A stretch of DNA of 64,000 nt from the human T2T-CHM13v2.0 reference genome, Homo sapiens, in NCBI RefSeq assembly GCF_009914755.1, contig NC_060930.1. One strand, given 5' to 3'. Position 1 is the stretch's first letter; every line of letters starts with the position of its first letter. The translations under genes were made by a program, and so were the position numbers. The notes under the pieces are model-generated. The model was not told where the DNA came from, searched no databases, and saw only the letters and a program-made list of their open reading frames with translations. Below, one piece after another: positions 30,677 through 45,150 of the stretch.

Positions 30677-31121
30677 AAAACTAGAGGTAAACTGTAAACT
30701 TCAAGAATAAAAGATACATGGTAAATATGTTGGTAAAAATAAAAATCATTTTTCCTCTTATGTTTTAAAAATATGTATGACAAATAAAATGAAAATTTAC
30801 ACCTTTTTTGCTGTGATTTTCTGTGTATGTAGATAAATACATAAACCTATAAGGAGGAGAGTAAAGAAAGCTACAAATAAGAATATTTTTATACCCATAG
30901 TAATGTTGCAAATTCAGAAAAATTAAGATTGTTAAAATCATTTAATTTAGTATACAGTATATATTCTAATTTCATTACCTATCACAATAATTTATTTTAT
31001 GGCACTTTTCCCTACAGGACAATATCTACTTTAGGATTACATGTTGCAATTACTCAGGTTTCTTTAATCTCCTGTAATCTGGAAGAATGCCTTTGCTTTT
31101 CTTTGTGTTTCATAACATTAA

Positions 31122-31473
<352 letters not shown>

Positions 31474-33974
31474 TAGAATATTCCTGTTTGGTTTTGTCTG
31501 ATGTCTCTTCATAATCAGTTCAAGTAATGTATTCCCACCTCTAGGTATACTGTGTAAAAAATATTTTGATCTTTACAGAATATCCCATTTGGAGGCACAT
31601 GGCATCTACCTACCCTTTATTGGTGATGTTAATTTTGATCACAAGGTCAGAATGTTCTCTAATTTCCTCACTGAATAGCTACTATTTTTGCTTTGCAACT
31701 AATAAGCAATCTATGGGTAGACAATGAAATTATGCAGATATCCTAATCTCCATCAAATTTTGCTCCCCTAGATTTAATACTGATTCATGATTCTTGAAAT
31801 ATTTAAAATGCTAATTGCAAAATAATAATTCTCCAACTCTATTACTCCACGTATATTTATCAATCTGCATTTTTCTATAAGAGATACTTATCTAATCTAT
31901 CTAGCTAATAAACTCCTATTTTTTACAAAAAGTTGTAATTTATTATTGAACACATTTCATTTGATATTCAAAGTGAACCAAATTTGGTCAGTGGGAATCT
32001 CGTTAATCTTTCTCCTGCATCCCCTTCAGTTTTTTTTACACTACTTATTTTGCAGCATAACAATAAATTCTGGGCTCACCTTGGACCTTTTCTGCCCCAG
32101 GCATGGAATGAGCCATTTTTCCAAGGAGGTCTAATCCTTTATAGTGGGAAATGGTATTTATAAACCAAAATTTCGGCAGCTAGGTATACTTATTACTACT
32201 AGATCATCATCACTTTTAGGTCGTTTAGTGGACAGAGATAAGATATAGGTACAGATTTTTAGTTTAGTTCAGTTTAATTTCCCTAATTTGAGTCAAATTG
32301 TTTTCCTAATATTTCCGTAATTAGTCAAAGTCTTATTGTGTAGTGGTTATTTAGCTATTTTCTTTACTGGTTCATTGTGGTTGTTATTCACTTACAATAA
32401 TAGTTGGGTTCTTTTCCTTCTGTTTGCAGTTCATTTTAGAATTCTTTTTATCTTTGCTGATTTAATTTTGAATGATTAGAATATGAATGTGCTTCCAAAA
32501 CTAATAAAAAAGTATACTCAAAAGAAGTGTTATTCTATCCCTTTTCGCCTAGCCTGACACCATAACTCGCCAATTTCACAGCGTTCTAGTTATCCATCCT
32601 GTGTTTTTCTCTAACAAAAATAAGCAAATTCATGTAGCTTTTCTTGTTCCTTCATCTTTCTTATGCAATGGAAAAAATAATTTACTTTTCTAATATATTA
32701 CATATTATAAAATATATCACAATACTTTTTTAAATAAATTCAATCGGTTTATAGATGTCTTTTTCATTTTTTGTCACAGCTGAACAGTATCTATTTGGTT
32801 GTGTGCACCATACCTAATTTAAACATTTCCCTGTATTTGGACATTTAAATTAATATTTTATAATTACAAACAATTTTTAATAAATAACATTGACACAAGC
32901 TATTTTTGTACGGTTGGAGGTGTATCTTCAGAGTTAATTCCCAAAATATAGATTGGTGAGTCAAAGGATAAACACATATGTAGAATTTTAGGCTTTGCCA
33001 AATTCCCCTCTGTAGTGGTTGTATCGTTTTAGTCTCACCAATAACGTCTGAGATGGACAGTTTCCCGAGAGTTTCACCAACATAGACCTAGTAAAATATA
33101 CTGTCAAGCTTTTGAATTTTGTCCAGTGTTTCAGTTATGAGTAAAGCTGAACATCTGTTCATATATTTAAAAATTTAAAAATTCTATGTATGTGTCTACA
33201 GATGTATATGTCTATTCATGCCATTTGCCTATTTTTCTGTAAGATTTTTTCTTCCTCAAAATTATTAAAATTTCTTTATATATTGGGAATATTAACTTCA
33301 TATCTGTGTTAGATGTTGAAAATATTTTCTTCCAGTTTGTCATTTGCCTTTTGATTTTGCTTATGATGTTCTTATGATGAAAAGTTTGTATTTTCCATAC
33401 AAATTTTAATGAATGTACAATATTTATTATAAATATATAATCATTTATTGACATAAGTATGTATAAGCATTTATACACACTTACGTATATCTAAATAAAT
33501 ATTTATAAAACAAATACATATAAAGTCTGAAGTAATTATGCTTATTTGTACTGTATCCAAATTTTGTGATATGTAGCTAGAAAGCCTTTCCCTACACTGT
33601 CATAAAGAAATTCATTCAAGTTTACCTCTAGTACTTCAACAGTTTTATATTTTATAATCAGAACTCTGATTTATTTGAAATATATTCTGTGTATGTTTTG
33701 AAGGAAATGTCTAATTTTATTTTTCAAAAATGTATCTAAATGTTCCAACATCATTTGCTTAAAAACTGAACTTTGCCCTATTTGAGATGGTTCTTTACCA
33801 TGTGCTATATTTGCATATGTACTTGGGTTTATTTCTGGAATTATTTGTTTAGTCATGTGCCAATCATACATATTTTCATTATAAAGACTTTGTAGTATAT
33901 TAACATATTGTAAAAGATGATTTCTACACAAAGCTCTACCTTTCCAGTAGTGTCTTATCTATTTTTAGCTTTAA

Positions 33975-35295
33975 AATGCACAAGTTGAGTTTATATAGGC
34001 ATGAATTATGAATTAATTATCACAATCAAGATAATTAACATTCATCATTTCACATAGTTACAATCTTCTTGTGTGTGGATGTATCTGTGTGTGTGTGCGT
34101 GTGGTGAGAATATTTCAGCAAATTTAAAACATATAATATGGTATTATTAACCATAGTCACAGTGCTGTACATTATATTTTGAGAACTTTTGTATATTGCG
34201 TAACTAAAACTTTATACCCCTTCACTAACATTTTTCCTTTTTCCCTCCCTTCGCCTCTGGCAACCACCATTCTATTCTCTTTTCCTAATAGTTTGACTAT
34301 TTTATGTTTCACATATTATTGAGAAGAAGGAACATTTTCAGCCTCTTTTTACAAGGCCAGCATCACTCTAAAACCAAAGCCCAACAAACATGTCAAAAAA
34401 AGAAAAACTACAGCCCATATCCTTGATAAACATAGATGAAAAATCCCCAATAAAATACTAGCAAACAGAATTCAACAGCACATTGAAAGGACCATACACC
34501 TTTGGTATCCCAAATACGTAGAAACTAAATAATATAGCTGTGAACAACCATCGGATCAAAAAGGAAATCAAAAGGGAATTTAAAAAGTATCTAGCAACAA
34601 ATGAAGTGAGAACACATCATACCGGAAATTATAACCCATAAGTAAAAGCAGTGCTTTTGGAGCAAGATGGAGCAAGAAATTCCTACCTTTAGAAAGAAGA
34701 AAGATCTCAAATACATAACCTAGGTTTACATCTTAATAAACTAGGACAAGAAGGACAAACAAATCTCAAAGCCAGAAGAAGAAAATAAATAATAAAGATT
34801 AGAGAAAAACTAAAATAGTAAAAAGTAAAGAAAAAACTACAAAACTAAGTTGTTTTTTGAAAAGATAAACAAAATTGACAAATTCTTAGCTAGACTAAGA
34901 CAAAGGACTCACAATCAGAAATGAAGGAGGAGACACTACAATAGATGCCTCAGAAATAAAAATATTCATAAGGGGCTATTATGAACAATTATATGCCAAC
35001 AAACTGAATAGCCTAGAAGGAATAAACACATTCCTAAACACATACAATCTGCCAAGACTGAATTAAGAAGAAATTGAAAGCCTGAACAGATCAATAACAA
35101 ATAAGGAGATAGAATCAGTAATCAAAAACCTCCCAACAAAGAAAATCCCAGGACCAGATGGTTGCATGGGTAAATTTTACCAAATATTCAAAGAAGAATT
35201 AATATCAACCCTTTCAAACTCTTCCAAAAATACACAAGCAAAGGAAGCACTTTAAACCCATTTTATGAGGCTAGCATCACTCTGATGCCAAAACC
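33975..35295. mobile_element. Composite L1M insertion (minus-strand 3' UTR plus two plus-strand ORF2 pieces)
   Basis: cctctggcaaccaccattctattctc on minus; gccagcatcactct and ccaggaccagatgg on plus. Confidence 0.7.
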
Positions 35296-38200
35296 TAGCT
35301 ATATTTATGTGTAAATTTTCCTAGTCAACTTGATTAGCTCCGGAGAAAACTCTATGGTATTTTTATTCATATCACATTAAGTCTATAAATTAATTTAGGG
35401 AGAATTTATATCTTGATGCTGTTTCGATATCCTAAAGAGCTATTTTTTTCAATATTACTTTTGTAAAATTCCAGAGTATTTGATATTTTTATGTGTTCCA
35501 ACATTTATGTTAAATTTATTTCTAAGTATTTTATCATATTTGTTGTTATCACAATTAAACTCTTCGTTTTGTTCAATATTCTATAGACTTGGTTTTGATA
35601 TCCTTGACAGTTTTGATGAGTGCTGGCTAGGTATTTTGTAGAATGCTCCTCTGTGGGAATTTGTTTGATGTTTTTCTTTTGTTTAAATTGGATTTGTGGG
35701 CGTTTTCTTCAGTGAAGGGTAGAGATCACAGAGATCAAGCGTCATTTTTATTACCTCACTCACACAAGATCATATCAACATGAATTATTATTTACAGCAT
35801 TAACTTTTAATTCCCTGGCTGAACTAGTACCGATCAGGATTCTCCACTGTAGGTGACTCTTTTCTTGCCCTTTCCATATTCTGTTTATTCACTTTCTATA
35901 GCATACTTTTTGAAAGACAATCACTTAAGAAGTGGGGATTTATGTTACTCCTCCTTTAGAGAAGAATATCAATATAAATTATTTGAAATTATTCGACATA
36001 GGAGATTTGTATATTTTCCTCTATTTATTTATTTATTTATTCAATCATTTGCATATGTGTCTATGGATTTATGAATATTTAATTTATACTTTGGGCTATA
36101 GTCCAACACTACATTATTTATCTTGTTACTCAAATTCTGCCAGCTTTGACAATCACGGACTATTTCAGTTTGCTCCTGTGTACTTTTGATATACCCACTC
36201 ATTGTGGGGTTTGATTTTTTAGTTCACCATATTCACCATACTGTCTGGCTCTACAAGATGCTCTAGACTTATCTCATAAATTTTCTTCTCCAGTGCTAGA
36301 CCACTCATTTGTTTAAGAAGCCATGACATCTTTTATTGGAGAATAGTATTAAAAATAAAGATCTGTTCCATAAAAATACATCGCCTTTGGAGTAACATTG
36401 CTTCTTTGCTGACAGAGCAAGAACATGTCAGTTTCTGTAATTCAATTTCAAAAAACTTTTGAGATAAAAATTGTGCCCTGTGTCAGTTTGCTTGAAGAAT
36501 ACTCTGAGATTGCAAGGTATTATATCTTAACTTTTTTCATTTTCAAAAAAAAACATGTACCTGGTTGACTCAGCCTTTTCATAATTTTATTTAACCAAAA
36601 AATGTAAAGCATAACTATATACTGTGATTAATATAATTCTGAAACTATAATCCATAACCATGAATTTAAAATGGCTACATTCATTAAATTATTTTTACTG
36701 ATTCGCTTACTTTAAAAATCATAATTATCCTGAACTTTAATTTTAGAAAATAAATGAATACAAATTTCACTGATATCTTTTCATAATCATATTTTTGCAT
36801 AAGATTTATTTGACAATGGGTATGATCTAAAAAAAAGTTTGAAAACACACATATGATCAAGAGAATATCCTAGGCTATTTTGGACTCAGAGTAAATTTTT
36901 ATTAACACTTTACTTTGTTTATAATCTTCTCTCCCTGAGGAGAACATTAAACCTCTATACCTACAGTTGTGGAATCTTGAATTGGCTAGATGCACTAAAT
37001 GTGAGTGTGATTTAAACTATTTTATTTTTGTATAAGTTTGTCTTGTGTAACTAAACCAAAATCTCTGTGAAAGTTGAAATATATTATATTTCTATTTTGT
37101 GTGTGTGATCCATTGTTCTTGTCACTCAATTCAATTGAAGAATGAAGAAGAGTCCATATGTATACATTGTATAGAATTGTCCTAGAAGTAAACATATCTT
37201 AAAATAGATTTCATAGTAGGAAATAAATGGGAGCAAGAAAATCTCATTTTTTTTCTTTCTCTATGTCAACTTGCACAAAGTTGACTATTGTTTCTGGAAA
37301 CAATAAATAATAACATTTACAAGTCTAACACATCCTCATGTAACCAAAGATAAAGACACATATTTCTCTTAACATCCCCAGATAGCTACATTAGCAGACT
37401 CAAGCTATGGTAGAATATGAACCCTTGGAAACACCTTATTCCATGAAGACATTCAGTACTTGTGTCACTAATTTACCAGCGCTCAAGTATAAATGACAAC
37501 GCAAGTAGGCCTCTCAGAAATTTTAAAAACAAATAAATTAGAGTCTAAAGTTTCAGACACAGTAGCTATATCATAGTCTGGGGAGAAACCCAAAATAGAG
37601 AAGAACCAGTGACAGAGATCAGAGTGTAGAAAATCTGGATATGGTAAATTACAGACCCTCGCACTATCACTGAAATTTTTCCCTCCAATGGAGATATATT
37701 TTCTCAGCTATTCATCTTGCCACATACGTACTCCTTTCCTCTCACTCCCTCTCCAAATATAAAAAAAAAAAAAAGAAGACCACACAAGGTCAAAATTATT
37801 TGCCTGTTTTTCCTGATTTCTGCCTAACATTCTCTTCTTCTTTTTCCTAGGAAACAAAGGGGAAATGGGGAAGGTGAAATCTCATTTTCCTGGAAAGTGG
37901 ACGATTCTTTCAGATTATTGCACTGAAGACAGAAAGTAACTCAGATGCTATTTCTGCTTTCTAAGCAGCATTTGCAAAATGAAATGGAGGATGTAAAGTG
38001 GGATACTTTCAGATTCTCTCTTTAATGTGTTCAGGGTCCCAAAGGATTCTGACTCACCTGAATCCATTGAGTATGTTTTCTTTGATTAAGGAGATCCAGA
38101 GCCACACTTATTAAAAAGCCTCTGCCATTATCCTTGCCAAGTACTTTTATTCCTTTGCCATCAGTTTAGGGACCAGGAGTTTCCTGTCCCCAAAGACAGT

Positions 38201-38677
38201 TTTAGAGACACCAAACTTCTGTTTTATACAGTTATCTCTTTAAAGTGTCTTCAACACAGTATATGTCTTCTGATTGTAGTATTAAATAATGTTTACTTTT
38301 ATTGTGTAGAGATATAAAATTACAAGCAATGCCTAATAGGCATACTGAACAGAGAGTTCTCTAACTGAATGGCTATCACATGTATTTACTTCCTACCAAT
38401 GTGCACAGTAATCTAGTAATCATTGTAATCAGTGGACACAGTCATCCATTTCCCCCTCTTAACAGGAAGTCCAGTTCAGGCTGTTGCTACTCCCTAGAAT
38501 TCTCTTTTCTCTTTTTCCTGTTGTTTTCTCTCTTTCTATCACATTACCCTCTGTTATAAAGGAAGCGAGATCATTTCTGACCTAATCTCCAGGTGTAAAT
38601 TTGCTAATACTATGACAATCTTTTCATTTTGTTCAGGGGAATGTGAAATGTAGAGAACGTTAACATTTTGCCAAATC

Positions 38678-38829
38678 ATATATATATATACATATATATA
38701 TACACACACACACACACACAGACACACATCATATATGTATATATGATATATATATGATATATGTATATATGATATAGGTATATGTTAGATGATATATGAA
38801 TATATATACACATATATGTATATATATAT
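38678..38829. repeat. (TA)n/(CA)n/(TATGA) microsatellite
   Basis: Seen directly. Confidence 0.95.
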
Positions 38830-39560
38830 TAGTTACTAGAAAATTATCAGATTAGATTTTTTTAATATAATTTTTAAATTATAACTAATGAAACTAAAAG
38901 TAAATAATATAGAGCTGATGAGAATAAAGACTGGAATGAATTATATTGCACAAATAGTAAATAAAATCCAGTTTCATTGGACAAAATATACTTCAAGGAA
39001 AAGTTATTGATGGGAAATCAGAGATACAAATAACATTAATAAAAAGAAACAAGAATGATATAAAATACTCACTATACATTTATTAGATCACAAACAAAAT
39101 CTCATGAATTTTCTCCAAAAAATCAGTATCATAGAGTCCATGTTCACTGCCTGCAATTCAGTGTGATTAGAATTCAAAACAAAATGTTTGCTAAAATATA
39201 ACATTCAAAAGCTAAAATGTTAACTTTAAATAATTCATAAGCTAAAGTGGAAATCAGGAAGACATTACAAAATATTTAAGCTTGAAATAAACCAAAAGTA
39301 CAATAAAATGCTTGAGTATTACAAAATTAGGTAAGAACAATATTTGAGTGTTAAAAGGCATTTGAAGAACAAAATTTTCAATTCTAGTGATTAGACATAA
39401 AATCAGCAATAAAATAAGCCCATTTAATCACAATAAGGATATAATTATAAAGAAGAGTAGTGATTGAAATATGAAAATATATTTTAAAAAGAAATAAAGT
39501 TAATTAAAAAACGAGATGGAGAAAACAGTAACTGCAAAAACTCCTGGCAAATATGATTAA
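38830..39560 (+). mobile_element. Very old L1 ORF2 fragment
   Basis: A-rich, with a degenerate ttcactgcctgcaattcagtgtgattagaa (SDHN..KLE region). Confidence 0.45.
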
Positions 39561-41434
39561 ATAGAGTCAATCTATCCAGCTTCGTAGAACCTACATTGTA
39601 AGTGAAGTAAAATAAAATATCTAGTAAATAAGCCCTTGATTTAACTGTTCTTTGTATTCAAACCACAGCCTTTGCCCTTGGCAGGGCATGAGGTGAGACA
39701 GAAGAGCAAGTTCATTGCCTCTGTTTCTAACCAATTTTGTGTAAAGTTCACTGGACGTTATTTTACAAGTGACTGTATTGATAGATGCTTGCTTTTTAAA
39801 TTCTTTCTACAGGTATTTCAGAAGGCAGTCTAAGTGGAGATATAAACTCCCTGTTTCATACTCCATTTGGTTTCCAACACCTGCTCTCAGAAAAGAAGGT
39901 GATATTAACCATAGTGTTAAAAAATTTTATTCTACTCAAGGATAGCTCATGCAAAATTTGACTTCTATCAGTGGCATAAAAGGTTCAGATATAGTGAGGT
40001 TCAGGACAAGGCGGGGAGGTGTGCCTCACTCAAGGGAAATTATAATATACATGCAGACACTGGTTTATCTGGGCTAAGCCCAGAGTCACTGCCTCCTTCC
40101 CTAAAATGTGTCTCCAGGCACTCTCCACAAACTCAAAGACTATGGCCTTAAACTTGTCATGGTCTATCTCATCAGTTAAGAGTCTAATTAGTATTTGGCC
40201 TTTCTAAAGTCTATTAGGCAATTCTCTTAGAACACTCTTACACAAAGTCATTTTTGTTCTAGTTATCATCGGTTTTTGTTTCCGTTAACATCTTAGGAAG
40301 ACCTTATGCTCATAACATTCCAGGAAATACTTTATGCCTCCCAGCAAAATTTGTTCTTTTATGGTTATTGAAGGACCTCTTAGCAAAGAAAATAAAGTAG
40401 ATGACTAAGTGCAAAACATTCATTAAAGTGTTCTTCAAACATGTTTTGTATGAAAAAAATGATTTGGCTATAGAGAATGATTGGTATGTCAAGAATTTCA
40501 TTTCAGGCAACAATTTTGTTATTAGAACAAGCTTCAGTTGTCTACACGTTGGTTTTGTTCAGAAGATGTAAAGCAAGATAAATAGAAAAGAGAACTTCGA
40601 ATGCTGTTATCTGCCATGCAGGTCTTCCTTTGTAAGTACAGATAACAACAGTGCTAATATTTTTTTTCATTTCCTTGGGTGCTAAATCTCCTTCTCACTG
40701 CCCACGATGCCCTTTACACCGTAGCCACTGCTCCAGCAGCTCCAGAGACCTGAACAAATAATCAAGCCATTTGTCTCTTGGGAGGAAAAAATATACTCTT
40801 ATCTTTAAACTCAGTTTCTTGCATGTCTTGCAAGGAATGACTGAAGTCTAAAGTGTTTCTTATAGTCCAGGATGCCTCAAGAATGAGTCATTTAAAATAG
40901 AGGCATTTTATCCTGCAGCCAGTTCTCTAGATAGGTGATTGCTTAAGAAACAATAGAAGGGGGGATGTTGGGAGTAGCTAAGTTCACATGTGTGCAGCAA
41001 TACACTGCTGTCCCTAAGTGAAGACCCAGAGCTGGATTTCATGTGATGCTCCTGCAGCCCCACAAGATAAATGTAACTTCTGCATGCAGATTACAGTTTT
41101 ACAGGCATGTATATGTATTCCATCAACAACTCTGGAATTTTCACAAGTGAAGCATTTCTTGCTCTCCTTACATAATTGCCAAGTATCATTTAAAAATACA
41201 TCCCAGCATTTGAAATACAGAATTTCCATGACAGAAGAGACAGGTCATCATGGTTAAATGATATGATAAAAAGTGTCCCAATTCAAAAGTGAGAAAACCT
41301 GAATGTTAATTATAACCTTCTTAGGGTCTCCCAACTACAAAGAAGAGATAGCATCTGCACACCATGGGTGTTATAAAAATATAAGGAGTGGGTATAGGAA
41401 AGGGCACTTTGAAAAACATGGACTGTTATAAAAG

Positions 41435-41607
41435 CAGTGACACCCAAACTTCAGTGTGCATCAAGATTTGTTAAAACATAGATTTCTGGGTTCTAGTCCC
41501 AGGATTTCTGACTCAGTGGGTGTGGGTTAGGGCTGAAAATGTGCATTTCTAAAGTACCAGGTGATGCAGATGTTGCAGGTCTGGGTAGCACACTTTGAAA
41601 ATAACTG
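41435..41607. mobile_element. MER5A (hAT-Charlie MITE)
   Basis: cagtg...aaacttcagtgtgcatca...tttctgactcagt...ccaggtgatgcagatgttgc...cacactttgaaaataactg. Confidence 0.85.
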
Positions 41608-42094
41608 ATATAAATCAATTGCTTTCAAGCTACATTCAACAAAGCCTGAGAACCCTAGGGGGTATCTAGAGGGTCTCACATAAGGGTCAGCCAAGAAATG
41701 TTTCAATGGGCAAGGCTGGAGTCTCCTGGTTCAGCGTTTCACTCTCAGCCTGGACCCCCACGAATCTCTGCTTCAAACACAGTAGCTAGTCATGCTTTTT
41801 TTTTATATTTGCCATTATTGGGGCTATAGGTAATACTCTATTTAAAAGAAGTGTTAAAATAATGGATTTGAAAAAAGTTTATCAAAGTGATAACACAATG
41901 AACTGTACATCTTTTATATCTTATCAAAATTGTAATGGTGTTTATAAATTATCTGAGTAATTTGATCAAACAGAATACCCGAATTAAATATTATGACCTC
42001 AAAATCTGAAAGTTTTGAGTTTGCCTCTTTTATCTTTCTTTCCCTAAGTATTTAGGACATTCTAAATTGTTTTAAGTAGGGATGTTGAGGCACT

Positions 42095-43135
42095 TCTGCA
42101 GAAATGGCTATTTCCATATTTGGGGCAAGAAATGTACAAGACAAGCCTGGGAAATCTTAGTTTACCAGGAAGAAGAGTTTTCAAATGACTAGTCAGAGTC
42201 ATGACATGCAACCTAGGAACCAACATGAAGGGCCTGCTACTAGTAATGTTGGACTAATTTTGTTATTAAAATAATATTGATTGCAATTGATTAAAATAAA
42301 TCATATATAAAATTACTGTATTGTTAAATTATTTTTTAAAAGTCCCTATTGGACAGCATTGCTGACTACTAGTGCACCAATTCATTAACATTAACATTGA
42401 AAAATAAAGGAAAATGTTCAAGCATTTATTCTATAATTACTAAATGGCTTGATTTTCAGAATAACCAATAAAAAGTGAGGAAAAATTGTTCTTTATAGAA
42501 AAGGTTCAGCTTAAAAAATGCAAGAAGCATGATAGAATTAGAAAATCACCCAAAGTAAGCTAATGGCCCCAAGACATAATTATTAAATGGATTCTAAAGG
42601 TATTAAGTGAAATGTTAATGAGAAACTTTGTGGTATAAATTAGGTTAACCCCACCTGTACCCACTGATCAACTTCAGCATTCACTAAAAACACAAGAACA
42701 AGACATTGTGTTTCAAGATATCCTTCAAGGGGAAGTTGAAAGCATCCACCCATATGGGACGTATTTTTGCCAAATAATGTGTCTGAATCTAATCACTCCT
42801 CCACATCTAACTACAAGTTCACGGAGAATAGAAGAAAAATTAATTACATCAAAGGAAATGCTCATCCAAACGTGGAAATTGAAGCATTCCATTGAATAAG
42901 AGAACTGGTTTCTCCAACATAGCAATGGCATCAAAAGTAGGGTGTGGGCTGCACATTTGGAGTTGAAACAGAAACAAATCACAACAATGAGAACTTAATT
43001 TGATTCTAATTTGACAAACAATTATCTATAATCATATGTTTGTGGAAAATTGGAAATATTTTAATATAGACAAGATGTTGGGTATTAGTAATGGAATATT
43101 ATTAATATATGTGATGATGGCATAGGAATTATATA
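42095..43135 (+). mobile_element. Old L1M (MC/MD/ME) 3' fragment
   Basis: gcagaaatggct...ggggcaagaaatgtacaagacaagcctgg; gaatctaatcact. Confidence 0.55.
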
Positions 43136-43168
43136 TACTCTTAGAAACCATTACGGGCCCCAAAGAGC

Positions 43169-44140
43169 GGAGTTGTTAAATTTTTTTAATTGACAGATGA
43201 AATTGTATGCATTTATTGTGTCCAATAGGATGTTTTGAAGTATAGGTACATTGTGGAATAGTTAATTCTAGGTAATTAGCAAATGTATTGCCTCACATAG
43301 GTATTACTTTTGTAATGAGAAAACTTACATTCATTCTCTTTGCATTTTTTAAGAATAAAATATATCATCATTAACTATAATCACCATGCTTTCATAATAG
43401 AGCTCCTGGCCTTATTTCTCCTACTTTACTGTAATTATCCATCTTATGACCAACTTCTCTCCATTGTCTCCTTCCTGCCAACCAACCCAGCCTCTGGTAA
43501 ATTCCATTCTATTTTCCTACTTTTATGAGATGAACTTTTTAAGACTCTGTGTATAAGTGAGATCATGTGGTATTTGTCTTTCTGTGCCTGGCTTATTTCA
43601 CTTAACGTAATACCCTCCAGATTCTTCCATATTGTTGTAAATGACTGGACTTTATTCTTTTTTATGGCTGAATAGCATTCCAGTCTGTACACATACCACA
43701 TTTTCTTTACTCATCTGTTGATGGACATTTAGGTTGATTCCCTATCTTAGCCATGGAGAATAGTGCTGCAATAAACTGAATGTGCATGTATCTCTTTGAC
43801 AACTGATTTTATTTCCTTTGAATAATACCCAGTAGTGAGATTGCTGGGTCACATGGAAGTTCTATTTTTACTTTTTTGAGGAACCTCCACACAGTTTTCC
43901 ATAATGGCATAATAGTAATTTCTGTACTAATTTACATTTCCACCCACAGTGTGTAAAGGGTTCCTTTTTATCCACATCCTTGCCAATACTGGCTATCTTC
44001 TGTCTTTCCACTAACAGCCACTCTACCCGGGGTAAGGTGATATCTCATTATGGTTTTGATTGGCATTTTCTTCATAATTAGTGATGTTGAACATCTCTTC
44101 ATATGCCTGTAGGCTATTTGTATCTTCGTTGGAGAAACGT
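43169..44140 (-). mobile_element. L1MA-type 3' fragment
   Basis: L1 3' UTR and ORF2 end; 8 bp TSD caaagagc (43161-43168 and 44141-44148). Confidence 0.88.
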
Positions 44141-44247
44141 CAAAGAGCTTTTTTATAACATATGAGTTATATCTATCAATATTCACCATATTAGAATTAA
44201 TATACACATTTAAACATATTTACTTATAAATTGTTTTTAAAATAACA

Positions 44248-44535
44248 GGCTGGACTCAATGGCTCATAACTGTAATCCTAGCACATTGGGAGGCTGAGGC
44301 AAGAGCATTGCTTGAGACCAGAACTTTGAAACCAACCCGGGAAACACAGCAAGACCAAGTCTCTACAAAAATTTAAAAATTGATGTGGCAATGGACTCCT
44401 GTAGTCCTAGTTGCTCAGGAGGCTGAGGCAAGAGTATCGCTTGAGCCCAGGTGTTCAAGGCTGCAGTGAGCTACGATCGTGTCACTGTACCCCAGCATAG
44501 GTGTCAGAGTGAGACCCTTTCTCAAAAATAATAAT
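44248..44535 (+). mobile_element. AluJ
   Basis: cgcttgagcccagg...ggctgcagtgagctacgat. Confidence 0.9.
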
Positions 44536-44974
44536 AGTGCTAATAATAATAAAGACATTATATGTTAATATAAATAACATAGATTTTGTTCTAAAAAACT
44601 ATTTTCTATAAAATTGTTCAGGAGAGTAACATTGTTTTATTAATGCATTTGAAAATTTCTTTCATTTTTCTTAAGAGAAGAAAGTTAGATTCTTATATCT
44701 GTTTCTTTATCCAATGTACTGCAATATCTTGTTTTGGTTGAAATATATGAAGAAAATGCAGCCTTACAAAAACAACTACTTAGAAAAGGAAGGAGTATTT
44801 AATAACCTTTTCAAATAACTTTGAATATTCTTCTTTGATGTGACACCAAGATTTTATAAGTATTATTCCTTAAATATTAGTTGCAGTATAGAATCTGAAT
44901 CTATATGATCATTTTTTATACTCCCTTACATATTCTATTATAATAAAATCCATTGGTTCATCTTGCATTATAAT

Positions 44975-45150
44975 TTTATTTTAAAATTTTTAATTATTAC
45001 AGGTATATAGTAGGTGCATATACTTATAGATGAACTATTTTGAAATAGGCATACAAATCGTAATAATCACATAAGGGTAAATGGGTATCTATCACCTCAA
45101 GCATTTATAATTTCTTTGTGTTATTAACATTCCAATTATACTCTTTAGTT
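44975..45150 (-). mobile_element. Short L1MA 3' end
   Basis: taataatcacataagggtaaatgggtatctatcacctcaagcattta, similar to 48908-48955. Confidence 0.75.

Larger units (their letters stand above)
24715..30860 (+). mobile_element. Old L1M 5' UTR/ORF1 region hosting younger insertions
   Basis: ORF1-like A-rich sequence (aattcactaaataggctcagtagcagaatgg, gttagtgaccttgaatatag) that resumes after 29990. Confidence 0.65.

Noticed and set aside
37851-37873. Collagen-like G-N-K-G-E-M-G-K micro-exon
   Set aside because: Too short, wrong phase for collagen exons, and no other Gly-X-Y exons in the window
38052-38060. Consensus minus-strand donor CAG|GTGAGT
   Set aside because: No convincing partner acceptor; expected by chance in 64 kb
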